Source: an uncultured Gammaproteobacteria bacterium (GTDB taxonomy: Bacteria > Patescibacteriota > Microgenomatia > Levybacterales > UBA12049). Taken from it: 64,000 nucleotides of DNA. Shown here piece by piece: positions 51,329 through 59,047 of this stretch. The stretch is from NCBI GenBank assembly GCA_964571255.1, contig CAZNAA010000001.1, positions 702,230 to 766,229 on the forward strand. The letters are read 5' to 3'. Every line of letters starts with the position of its first letter. The stretch's first letter is position 1. Both the position numbers and the translations under genes were made by a program. The notes beneath the pieces were generated by a model. That model worked only from the letters and a program-made list of their open reading frames with translations. It ran no database searches and was not told the DNA's origin.

Positions 51329-51443
51329 CAGATTCCTCCATGCGGTCTAGATCTGCCCCCTCAAAGACCGCTCAGAGAAAAAAGAAGTAATTCTTTCCTT
51401 TCTTAGCAGTCTTTGCGTAAGACAAACTAATTTAGCAAGAGCT

Positions 51444-51494
51444 TGTTAAAGAACTAAGAAGAAGTTGAAACGCATTTGTTTCTTTTTCTTCTTA
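51444..51494 (-). promoter_or_regulatory. Leader hairpin plus boxA-like antitermination motif, copy 1
   Basis: TAAGAAGAA..GAAAC/GTTTC..TTCTTCTTA hairpin followed by GTTCTTTAACA. Confidence 0.6.
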
Positions 51495-51503
51495 TTAAGC
51501 GTG

Positions 51504-51532
51504 AGATTACCATAAAAATGCCTTGATGTCAA
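51504..51532 (-). promoter_or_regulatory. sigma70 promoter of cassette copy 1
   Basis: TTGACA-N17-TAATCT with extended -10 TG. Confidence 0.75.
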
Positions 51533-51597
51533 ACTATGGGATAATTTACTTTGAGTAACTTCTAGACAAGTTACACTCAAAAGAGTATAAATAGGGT

Positions 51598-52203
51598 ATG
51601 TTTGAATTACCCACTCTTCCGTATGACTACTCCGCTCTTGAACCATATATTGATGAAGAAACTATGCGTCTTCACCACACCAAACATCACCAAACCTATA
51701 TTACAAAGCTTAACGAAGCGCTAGCAAAACATCCAGAGATTCATATTGATAACGCAGAAGAATTATTAAAACAACTTACTTCTCTTCCTGAGGATATTCA
51801 GAAAGCTGTAAGAAATCATGGTGGGGGACACAGTAATCATTCTCTTTTCTGGACTATTATGAGTAAAAGTGAGGGGAGTACTCCTTCTGGAAAAATTGCT
51901 AAAGCCATTGAGGAAACATTTGGCAGTTTTGATGAGTTTAAAGAGAAATTCTCAACTACCGCAACAAATATCTTTGGCTCAGGTTGGGCATGGCTGGCGG
52001 TAAAAGAAGGCAAACTTCACCTGCTTGATACAGCGAATCAAGATTCACCACTTCTTCAAGGAATGACTCCTGTTTTTGCTTTAGATGTGTGGGAGCATGC
52101 ATATTATTTGAAATATCAAAACAAGAGAGCTGATTATATTGCCGCCTGGTGGAATATTATTAACTGGGAAGAGGTTGAGAAGCGTTTTGAAAGTGCAATG
52201 TAG
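51598..52203 (+). CDS. sodA: Superoxide dismutase (Mn/Fe family, likely Mn)
   Basis: [32 protein letters not shown]. Confidence 0.95.
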   Translation: MFELPTLPYDYSALEPYIDEETMRLHHTKHHQTYITKLNEALAKHPEIHIDNAEELLKQLTSLPEDIQKAVRNHGGGHSNHSLFWTIMSKSEGSTPSGKIAKAIEETFGSFDEFKEKFSTTATNIFGSGWAWLAVKEGKLHLLDTANQDSPLLQGMTPVFALDVWEHAYYLKYQNKRADYIAAWWNIINWEEVEKRFESAM

Positions 52204-52893
52204 ATGAAATCCCTATTCCTTAAAATTAGTTTAGTCAGTATCTATCTTGTGTGTTTTCTCGTTCCCGGTTACACCTACTTTTTCTCAAGTCCCACAACTC
52301 TTGAAACTCTTAAAAGCACTCCCATCACTGATCCGCTCTTTCACTTAACCCTTTTTAGACTTTTTGGACTCTATGCCTTTACCCTTGTCTGGAGTCAAAT
52401 TATGCTTGGAGCTCTCAGACTTCCTTTAACCAGATTTTTTGGGAGTAAAATACTAGGATTGCATATCACCTTTGGTATCACTACGCTTCTTTTCACTTTC
52501 TTGCATACCGGACTTTTTTCCCTAGCTCATTTTTTACAAACTCCACCTGTTTTTTTCCCTCCAACCATGTTGCAAACGTATTTGGGAAGTCTGGCAATCT
52601 ATGGATACTTAGGACTCATTGCCTTTGACTTGATGCTTCTCACTACTGCGGCAGGAATCCTGAGAAAGAAGTTATTTATTCGAAAATACTGGAGACTTAT
52701 TCACAAAGGGAATTATCTTATCTTTATTCTTGTTTTTATTCACAGCTCTATGATTGGGAGTGAAATAGGAACTTCTCCTATGCAATATCTCTATCGTTTC
52801 TTTCTTCTCACTTTTATTGGAGTTGTAGGGTACAAACTATACGATGCCAATAAATCCTGCTTACAAAAAGTTACGGAGAATAATGTGGCTTAG
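52204..52893 (+). CDS. Ferric-reductase-like transmembrane (heme b) protein
   Basis: Paired His in TM helices (LHITFG..FLH; WRLIH..FIH). Confidence 0.75.
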   Translation: MKSLFLKISLVSIYLVCFLVPGYTYFFSSPTTLETLKSTPITDPLFHLTLFRLFGLYAFTLVWSQIMLGALRLPLTRFFGSKILGLHITFGITTLLFTFLHTGLFSLAHFLQTPPVFFPPTMLQTYLGSLAIYGYLGLIAFDLMLLTTAAGILRKKLFIRKYWRLIHKGNYLIFILVFIHSSMIGSEIGTSPMQYLYRFFLLTFIGVVGYKLYDANKSCLQKVTENNVA

Positions 52894-52990
52894 TGCCGAG
52901 GAGAGGAAGAGACGAGGTGTTCGGCTTGTTAGCGCTCAACGCGCTTAGCCGATGTACCATCATCTTTTTTCTTCCTTCTCCTCAGGCACT
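52892..52990. ncRNA. Long imperfect hairpin at cassette 3' end, copy 2
   Basis: 3 substitutions versus copy 1, two of which form a compensatory G-C to A-T pair. Confidence 0.65.
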
Positions 52991-53001
52991 TGAGCTCTTG
53001 C

Positions 53002-53448
53002 TTACGGGACCTTAACCTTTACTGGTGACGATCGCCAGAACTTTACTCCGGTGTTCAGCTCATACTGAATATTTATTCGCCTACCAGAGGGAATCTCCCA
53101 GATGCTTGGGTCAAACTCGCAGAGATAGATATGTCCACTCCCTCGGGGAGCGGATTGCTCGGGAGTTAGATCACAGAGATGGACCGCTACGGGAGCGTCT
53201 ATCCCTTCCCACTCCCAAGTTCCGAGGAAAGAAACAAGTGTCAGGTCATCCCTACGAGGGACATAGACACTCATCTTGATCTTTCCATCCACCACTCGGG
53301 GGGAATCATTCCAATCTGCTCCAGACTGAAGTGTCCTATTATTGAACAGGAGTGAAATCCCAAGTATTGTCAAAAGGCAGATAGTAACAAGTCCTCGTCC
53401 CCAAGAGAATTTAGAGCGCGGTCGATTAGTGTACGTCCGAGCACCCAT
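53002..53448 (-). CDS. Cassette cargo A2: single-TM protein with 2-Cys beta-rich domain
   Basis: SD GGAGGA; TM; CEFDPSIWEIPSGRRI motif. Confidence 0.75.
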   Translation of the reverse strand: MGARTYTNRPRSKFSWGRGLVTICLLTILGISLLFNNRTLQSGADWNDSPRVVDGKIKMSVYVPRRDDLTLVSFLGTWEWEGIDAPVAVHLCDLTPEQSAPRGSGHIYLCEFDPSIWEIPSGRRINIQYELNTGVKFWRSSPVKVKVP

Positions 53449-53533
53449 AGTGGTGTCCTCCAGTTAGAGATAGTATCGCGACACTTCCGGGACATCCGAA
53501 AGTGAGTACGATTGAGTGAGGGGGCAGAGGTCA

Positions 53534-53758
53534 CTAGAAGAGCCTGTGCATGTGATAGTCGATCAGATTAGGATCAATTTTGAGATTGATCCTAAAGGTA
53601 TTCATATCTTCCTCTGAGATATGATGCCGACTTATTGAAATATAGATACCATCTTTTGGTACCGCGTCAATGCTAGCAAGCAGAGGAACTGAGTCTTGCA
53701 ACGCACATGGATACTTTCGTGAACGCATCTTACAAACAACCAAGTAATCGTACATCAT
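53534..53758 (-). CDS. Cassette cargo B2: small protein (74 aa)
   Basis: SD GGAGGG (start possibly at the second ATG, 53755); weak similarity to B1. Confidence 0.65.
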   Translation of the reverse strand: MMYDYLVVCKMRSRKYPCALQDSVPLLASIDAVPKDGIYISISRHHISEEDMNTFRINLKIDPNLIDYHMHRLF

Positions 53759-53862
53759 CCCTCCCTGCGGTCTAGATCTGCCCCCTCAAAGACCGCTCAG
53801 AGAAAAAAGAATAAGCTTCTTTTCTTTCTGAACAATCCTTAAAGAGACATTTAAGCAAGAGC

Positions 53863-53914
53863 TGTTAAAGAACGTAAGAAGAAGTTGAAACGCATTTGTT
53901 TCTTTTTCTTCTTA
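53863..53914 (-). promoter_or_regulatory. Leader hairpin plus boxA-like motif, copy 2
   Basis: Same hairpin and GTTCTTTAACA as copy 1. Confidence 0.6.
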
Positions 53915-53923
53915 TTACGCGTG

Positions 53924-53952
53924 AGATTATCATAAAAATATCTTAAAGTCAA
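53924..53952 (-). promoter_or_regulatory. sigma70 promoter of cassette copy 2
   Basis: TTGACT-N17-TAATCT; hexamers conserved while the spacer varies between copies. Confidence 0.75.
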
Positions 53953-54005
53953 ACTATGGGACGGTTTATGTTTGATCTTAGTGCTTTGTACAAAGGGAGA
54001 TTATC

Positions 54006-54638
54006 CTAGATTCCAACTAGTTTATTCGCTAGCTTATCTACTCGTTCATTCATTTCTATTCCTGCATGTCCTGCAACTTTTTCATAGACTACTTGTAACG
54101 CATTTTCCTGAATTACTTTTTCAATTGCCTCAAAGATTTCTTTATTCGCTTTAATCATTGAAGCGGGTTTAAAGAGGTTATGAATCGAGATTTGACTGTC
54201 AGAGAGAATTTTTATTGTTTTATACTTGTTTTTAGCTGCCCAAACTAACGCTTCAAAAATAGCCAACGCTTCTGCTGTATTATTCGTTTGCTTTCCTTCA
54301 ACTAACCCACTTGCTTCAAAGTTTTTGGTAACAAAAGCCCAAGCAGCTTTGGCATTGACTTGTCCATTGCTTGCACACGCCCCGTCAGTCCAAATCTCGA
54401 TATCAAACTGGTGATCTAAAGGAAGCTCTGGAGTCGTAAAAAGAGAGTAGTTTTTATTCACTACTTTAAAAGAGTCGTCTAGATACATTTTCTGACACCT
54501 TGGACAGAAGTAATAGGCAGTATAGTAATATTGTTTTAACAATTGCTCAGGAGTACGTCTGGTTTGACGTACTTGTAGTGGAGTCCTACAGGTTTTACAT
54601 GTTTTATTTGATAAATTCTGCGACATAGGACTTTGCAA
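54006..54638 (-). CDS. rnhA: Ribonuclease HI with N-terminal CxxC..CxxC domain
   Basis: WTDGAC, TNNTAE, SDSQ, KVAGHAG..MNERVDKLA. Confidence 0.88.
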   Translation of the reverse strand: MQSPMSQNLSNKTCKTCRTPLQVRQTRRTPEQLLKQYYYTAYYFCPRCQKMYLDDSFKVVNKNYSLFTTPELPLDHQFDIEIWTDGACASNGQVNAKAAWAFVTKNFEASGLVEGKQTNNTAEALAIFEALVWAAKNKYKTIKILSDSQISIHNLFKPASMIKANKEIFEAIEKVIQENALQVVYEKVAGHAGIEMNERVDKLANKLVGI

Positions 54639-54909
54639 ACCCTCCTCTCTCTTTTTTCTTCTTTAATCGAATTTGCTCCAATTGTTTTTTTGTAGCTCCT
54701 GTCTCTTTCAAGAGAGCCAAAAGAACTTCTTGAATATCCGCTAACTCTTCAAGTGTATCGTCAAGTAAAAATTCTTTTACCTCCTCTTGTAATTTTTCTT
54801 TGAGTAGGGGAGTGACATCACTTTTCTTTGCTTGGTACCATTTCCCTTTTTTCCCAAGTTGTTGCATTAATTCTGGAATTTTATCACGAACGAGCTTTTT
54901 TACTAACAC
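54604..54909 (-). CDS. MazG/HisE-like NTP pyrophosphohydrolase
   Basis: KLVRDKIP, KLQEE, EELADIQEV, KKKERGGF. Confidence 0.85.
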   Translation of the reverse strand: MLVKKLVRDKIPELMQQLGKKGKWYQAKKSDVTPLLKEKLQEEVKEFLLDDTLEELADIQEVLLALLKETGATKKQLEQIRLKKKKERGGFAKSYVAEFIK

Positions 54910-55200
54910 AAAAAGAGTATATCAGAAGTGGGGGAGTTAGAAGGGTAGACAATCCCAAATAAACCTCGACTTATTAGGGGGATGCTGTAAGGGTTACTCT
55001 TTTCAAAAAAATGGTTAATTTTATTACATTGATACTAAGTTGCTAAACGCTTTTTCATAGATGAAAGGCTGGATACGTCTTATATGTATTGGTGCCTGCT
55101 CCCTACTCTAGGATTAGCAATAAAATACCCTGAGTGCTAAAATGTATTTTCGTGTTTTTTTTAGGCGTGCCATGTATCAACTCTGAGCCTATTTCCTGTA

Positions 55201-55443
55201 TTATCGAAGGGCCTTCCCTATTCCAATAATAACTTTGCCCTATTGTTGCAACAAGTAGACTATAGAGGTTAAATCCATTGACTCCACAGGCTCCCAAAAA
55301 ACTCATTAAGAGTCCTCCAATAAATGCTCCAACAATTCCTAATATGATAGTAAGTACTGCTCCCTGCTGTGCATTAGTACCCATCACTATGGATGCAATC
55401 CATCCTACGATTGCTCTTAAAACGATCCATAAGTAATATTCAT
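55201..55443 (-). pseudogene. Frameshifted GlsB/YeaQ/YmgE (transglycosylase-associated) membrane protein
   Basis: Core WIVL.AIVGWIAS..GIVGAFIGG..GFNLYSLLVATIG is in one frame; the ATG (55443) and the natural C-terminus VIIGIGKALR* (stop 55201) lie outside that frame. Confidence 0.7.
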
Positions 55444-55540
55444 GCCTACATGTCCACCTCTTTTCCACTTACTACTCTCCTGTGTAGAATAAACTCTACA
55501 AAAAATGAATATGAAAGAAGTATGAGAGCAGTAAGACCGT

Positions 55541-56284
55541 TTAACGCTTTTTTCCGCCAAAGACCAAATTAGTCGCAACGCCAACAACTCCAACCCCCAC
55601 ATGGGTCCACTCACTATTAAGTTGGTTGTCATCATGTGGTTTATCTGCAGCATATACCCACTCGATAAGATGGACTCCTTCTAGGGTATAGCCGTAACTG
55701 GAGTTTTCACCTAAAGAGCTAAAACCAAGTTTACTAAATCCATCTTGATTATTCATAAAGTCCATAAACCCTTTGTGACCATCCAATGTCCCCTTCTGTG
55801 AAAATTCGTTTGCACGAGAATGGGCATAATTTGCCAAAGACGAATCCCAGCTAAGACTTCCCTTCCCATGTTTCTGCCGATAACTATTTAAGGCTTGTAG
55901 GATTTCTTGAGGTGTTCCCTGCTTTTCGTCATTTTTCACCTGCATTGTCCACGTATGCTCGTCAATCTGAACTGCCTTTCCCCACTCTTGTGACTTTTGT
56001 AGAAGTGGAGTCGGTGTAGCAGTTGGAATAACAAGTTTTTTCTGTCCTACTCCTAACTCTTTAATTTGGGTGTAGCGAGACAGGGCTTGTTTTCGAGCAT
56101 TTTCTAAAGGAGTTGCAATCGTACTTTGATGCGTGGGGCTTGAAGAAACCAAAACTCTTTCCCCTTTATAGGAGAATGGAATAAAAGAAGTGGTTATACT
56201 AAAGATGCTACAAAGGAAGAGAAAGGTCCATCTTTTTGAAAAAAGAGTAGTAACGGGAAAAGATAAGTAGTGTGTTACTTTCAT
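55541..56284 (-). CDS. CAP/SCP domain protein
   Basis: LNSYRQKHG..L.W...LA..A, GEN, H..NQL..EWTHVGVG. Confidence 0.85.
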   Translation of the reverse strand: MKVTHYLSFPVTTLFSKRWTFLFLCSIFSITTSFIPFSYKGERVLVSSSPTHQSTIATPLENARKQALSRYTQIKELGVGQKKLVIPTATPTPLLQKSQEWGKAVQIDEHTWTMQVKNDEKQGTPQEILQALNSYRQKHGKGSLSWDSSLANYAHSRANEFSQKGTLDGHKGFMDFMNNQDGFSKLGFSSLGENSSYGYTLEGVHLIEWVYAADKPHDDNQLNSEWTHVGVGVVGVATNLVFGGKKR

Positions 56285-56353
56285 ATGAGGACACTACATC
56301 TAGTAAGACATACCCTATAAAAAAAAGCAAGATCCCTATAGTATAATACTCTT

Positions 56354-57115
56354 ATGGAGAATATCATTCTTATCAATAAACCTAGAGGAATTACTCCTTT
56401 AGACAGTATCATTTCATTTAAGAAGTCTCGTCCAGAGTTCTCTTCTGAGACAATTAGCTTTGCAGGAAGACTAGATCCTATGGCAGAAGGACTTTTAGTT
56501 CTGTTAGTTGGAGAAGAGAATAAAAAAAGAAAACAGTACGAAGGATTACCCAAAACATATGAGTTTACTCTCCTTTTAGGTATCACTACTGATACCTATG
56601 ACATATTGGGGAAAATCACTTCCGTACGTACTCCTGCAGTTACTAGTGAAAAAACACTTCTTTCCACGCTTCCCTCTTTTGTCCATACCTTCTCTCAACC
56701 CTATCCTCCCTACTCTTCAAAACCTGTGAATGGAAAACCGCTCTATTATTGGGCACGAGCAGGTAAGATGACTGAGCTTACTATTCCTGAAAAGATAGTA
56801 ACAATCACTAGTCTCACTCCCCTCTCTTCTAGCTCTATTGACTCCTCCTCCCTACTTTCATCAATTACTGCAGATATTTCCCGCGTCAAAGGCGACTTTC
56901 GCCAAGATGATATCCTCTCCTCCTGGGAAAAATGTGCCCCCAATCTCCCCTCCTCTCTTCCTCTCCTTACTTTTCGTGTAACATGTACCAGTGGAGTATA
57001 TATTCGGTCTTTGTGTCAGGCAATGGGGGAAAGCCTTGGGTGCGGGGCACTTGCCTATCGGATTAGAAGGACACAAGTTGGAGAGTTTTTACTGCAAGAT
57101 GCACTAACTCTTTAA
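56354..57115 (+). CDS. truB: tRNA pseudouridine(55) synthase TruB-like
   Basis: INKPRG, GRLDPMAEGLL, PPYSS, SGVYIRSL. Confidence 0.85.
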   Translation: MENIILINKPRGITPLDSIISFKKSRPEFSSETISFAGRLDPMAEGLLVLLVGEENKKRKQYEGLPKTYEFTLLLGITTDTYDILGKITSVRTPAVTSEKTLLSTLPSFVHTFSQPYPPYSSKPVNGKPLYYWARAGKMTELTIPEKIVTITSLTPLSSSSIDSSSLLSSITADISRVKGDFRQDDILSSWEKCAPNLPSSLPLLTFRVTCTSGVYIRSLCQAMGESLGCGALAYRIRRTQVGEFLLQDALTL

Positions 57116-57155
57116 GAAACTCTTGTATACTTTCATGACCATATTACTTCTTACT

Positions 57156-58328
57156 CTACTCTTTTTTTTCCAGAATAAAACGCTCCACTATTACCCATAG
57201 GAAATATCCAACAGGTAAGAAAAATAACAGCTTGGGATAATAAGACATGGTTAATACAGAAAAACTGTTGAAGAGACAAAAATACCCTAACCCCTTTTCT
57301 TTTTTCCATTCTTTCACAAAAAGAAAAAGAAGAAGTATGAGAACAACTCCTAAAGAATACGAGTAGCGAAGACTAGAAACCATAATCCATGGCTTCCAAT
57401 CCATCGGAAGAAAAAGGAAAACAAGAAAAAGAAAAAGAGCTAGGAAGCTGAGTTTTTTTATTTCTTCAGACAGAGTTAATCGATTTACTAAATAAATAAA
57501 TGGAAAAGCAAAAAACCAGAGTGTGAATAATTTATATTCTGAAATGAGTGCGTGAAAAACGAGTAGTGGATAGGCAAAAATTGTTCTCCAGACTACTTCA
57601 TCACTTCTAAATACCCCCTCCCCCTTGAAACCTAACACGTCAAGTGGATAGAATGGATTTCCTAATAACAAATAGTTTCTCACATACCATCCTCCTCCAA
57701 GGAGGAAAGCAGGAAGAAGAAAAACTGCAAGTTTTTTTAGCGTAATAGTTTTTTTAAGAGATACTAAGGATATGATAAAAAGAGGAAGTGGATACACCAA
57801 AGCAATAAATTTCGATCCAATAAGCATCCCCACGCTTACCCCAAGTAGTCCCCACTTCCATACGTTTTTAAGAGATGAACGAAGAAGAAGAAGTGTTGTA
57901 AAGAAAAAAATACTTACCCAGACATCAATACTTACCGAATTTGCCCACCTATGAAAAACCGTTAGTGAAATACACGTTAAGGAGAACAACAGACTCATCT
58001 CTTTTGACAACACATAAGACCGGGCAAGAAGATACAGCACAAAACTAAATACAAAAAGTGCAAAAAGATTCGAAAGAGTTAAGGGAATATAGAAGAGTAA
58101 AAATAAACTGTGGAAAAGATTCGAGCTTCCTGGATAGTATTGTTGCGGAACTGTTATTCCCTGTGGAGAGATAAATTCACCGGATAAAATCATTTTGGCA
58201 ATTGGAATATGATAATCCCAACTATCCCCTAATGCAGGAATCGGGCTTCGTATCCCTTCGTACAGATAATAAGAGAATAAAAAAAAGACAAAGAAAAAAA
58301 GAATCTTAATAATAGTTCGCAGCTCCAT
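57156..58328 (-). CDS. Polytopic membrane protein, GT-C-like
   Basis: DSWDYHIP, WYVRNY..GNPFYP, LRY. Confidence 0.7.
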   Translation of the reverse strand: MELRTIIKILFFFVFFLFSYYLYEGIRSPIPALGDSWDYHIPIAKMILSGEFISPQGITVPQQYYPGSSNLFHSLFLLFYIPLTLSNLFALFVFSFVLYLLARSYVLSKEMSLLFSLTCISLTVFHRWANSVSIDVWVSIFFFTTLLLLRSSLKNVWKWGLLGVSVGMLIGSKFIALVYPLPLFIISLVSLKKTITLKKLAVFLLPAFLLGGGWYVRNYLLLGNPFYPLDVLGFKGEGVFRSDEVVWRTIFAYPLLVFHALISEYKLFTLWFFAFPFIYLVNRLTLSEEIKKLSFLALFLFLVFLFLPMDWKPWIMVSSLRYSYSLGVVLILLLFLFVKEWKKEKGLGYFCLFNSFSVLTMSYYPKLLFFLPVGYFLWVIVERFILEKKE

Positions 58329-58453
58329 TTTCCGTATTGTACTGATAGTCTATGCTAAAATAAAGCGCAAAATGGAAACACTTGGACGGGTACTAGTTAC
58401 TAGTGGATCAGGCGGAATTTTTGACAACAAGAAGAAGGTATTCTAACAAAAAG

Positions 58454-58488
58454 GCTAGAGATATAGGGTTTACCCCTACTTCTCTAGC
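58454..58488 (-). terminator. Hairpin, likely terminator downstream of the RRM gene
   Basis: GCTAGAGA..TCTCTAGC stem followed by a U-run on the minus strand. Confidence 0.55.
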
Positions 58489-58560
58489 GCTAAATGTAAA
58501 AGATACACATAAGTGGTATCAAGAAGAGCAAAGCTCAAAAAGATAGTCACTCACGAAGAG

Positions 58561-58911
58561 TTACCATCTTTTATTTTCTCTTTTGAAATTTCCTCCTTGT
58601 CCTCCGCCACCGCGTCGGTCATTTTGGAAAGATCCTCCGCCACCAGTTCGTGGTCGGTCTTCTTGAGGACGTGCCTCGTTGACAATCATTGCTCGCCCAT
58701 CAACTTCTTGATTATTGAACATTTCCTGTGCTTTTTGAGCTTCTTCAGGTGTTGCCATCTCGACAAATCCAAATCCTTTACTTCGTCCAGTTTCACGATC
58801 ATTAATCACCTTTGCAGATGTAACCGTTCCAGCCTGGGTAAATAGTTCTTGCAACGTTTCAGACGTTGTACTGTATGGAAGATTTCCAACAAATAATTTG
58901 TTTGTAGTCAT
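58561..58911 (-). CDS. RRM RNA-binding protein with Gly-rich tail
   Basis: RNP2 LFVGNL, RNP1 KGFGFVEM. Confidence 0.95.
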   Translation of the reverse strand: MTTNKLFVGNLPYSTTSETLQELFTQAGTVTSAKVINDRETGRSKGFGFVEMATPEEAQKAQEMFNNQEVDGRAMIVNEARPQEDRPRTGGGGSFQNDRRGGGGQGGNFKRENKRW

Positions 58912-59016
58912 TATGCTCCTCCTTTCTTTATATATATTTCTATAGAGGAGCCATTAGATTTGAATGGTCATTAAACATTGACTGTATCGCTACAGTAAAC
59001 CTCACTAGATAAAAAG

Positions 59017-59045
59017 AGTATACAGGAAGTTGGGGAAAGTTGCAA
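59017..59045 (-). promoter_or_regulatory. sigma70 promoter of the RRM gene
   Basis: TTGCAA-N17-TATACT. Confidence 0.6.
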
Positions 59046-59047
59046 TC

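Larger units (their letters stand above)
50410..51541 (-). repeat. Structured two-gene cassette, copy 1
   Basis: Non-coding blocks near-identical to 52885-53961; same gene order and orientation. Confidence 0.9.
52885..53961 (-). repeat. Structured two-gene cassette, copy 2
   Basis: Direct repeat of the non-coding blocks of 50410-51541. Confidence 0.9.

Noticed and set aside
51446-51646. 66-aa minus-strand ORF
   Set aside because: Overlaps the sodA start and runs through the cassette promoter and leader; no comparable ORF in copy 2.
50410-53961. IS element, composite transposon, retron or DGR
   Set aside because: No transposase or RT ORF, no terminal inverted repeats or target duplication, and no TR/VR pair with A-specific mismatches visible.
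50410-53961. CRISPR array
   Set aside because: Only two copies; conserved blocks differ from each other and are separated by ORFs rather than equal-length spacers.
55103-55468. 121-aa ORF as an intact gene
   Set aside because: Only its middle matches GlsB/YeaQ; both ends are out-of-frame read-through.
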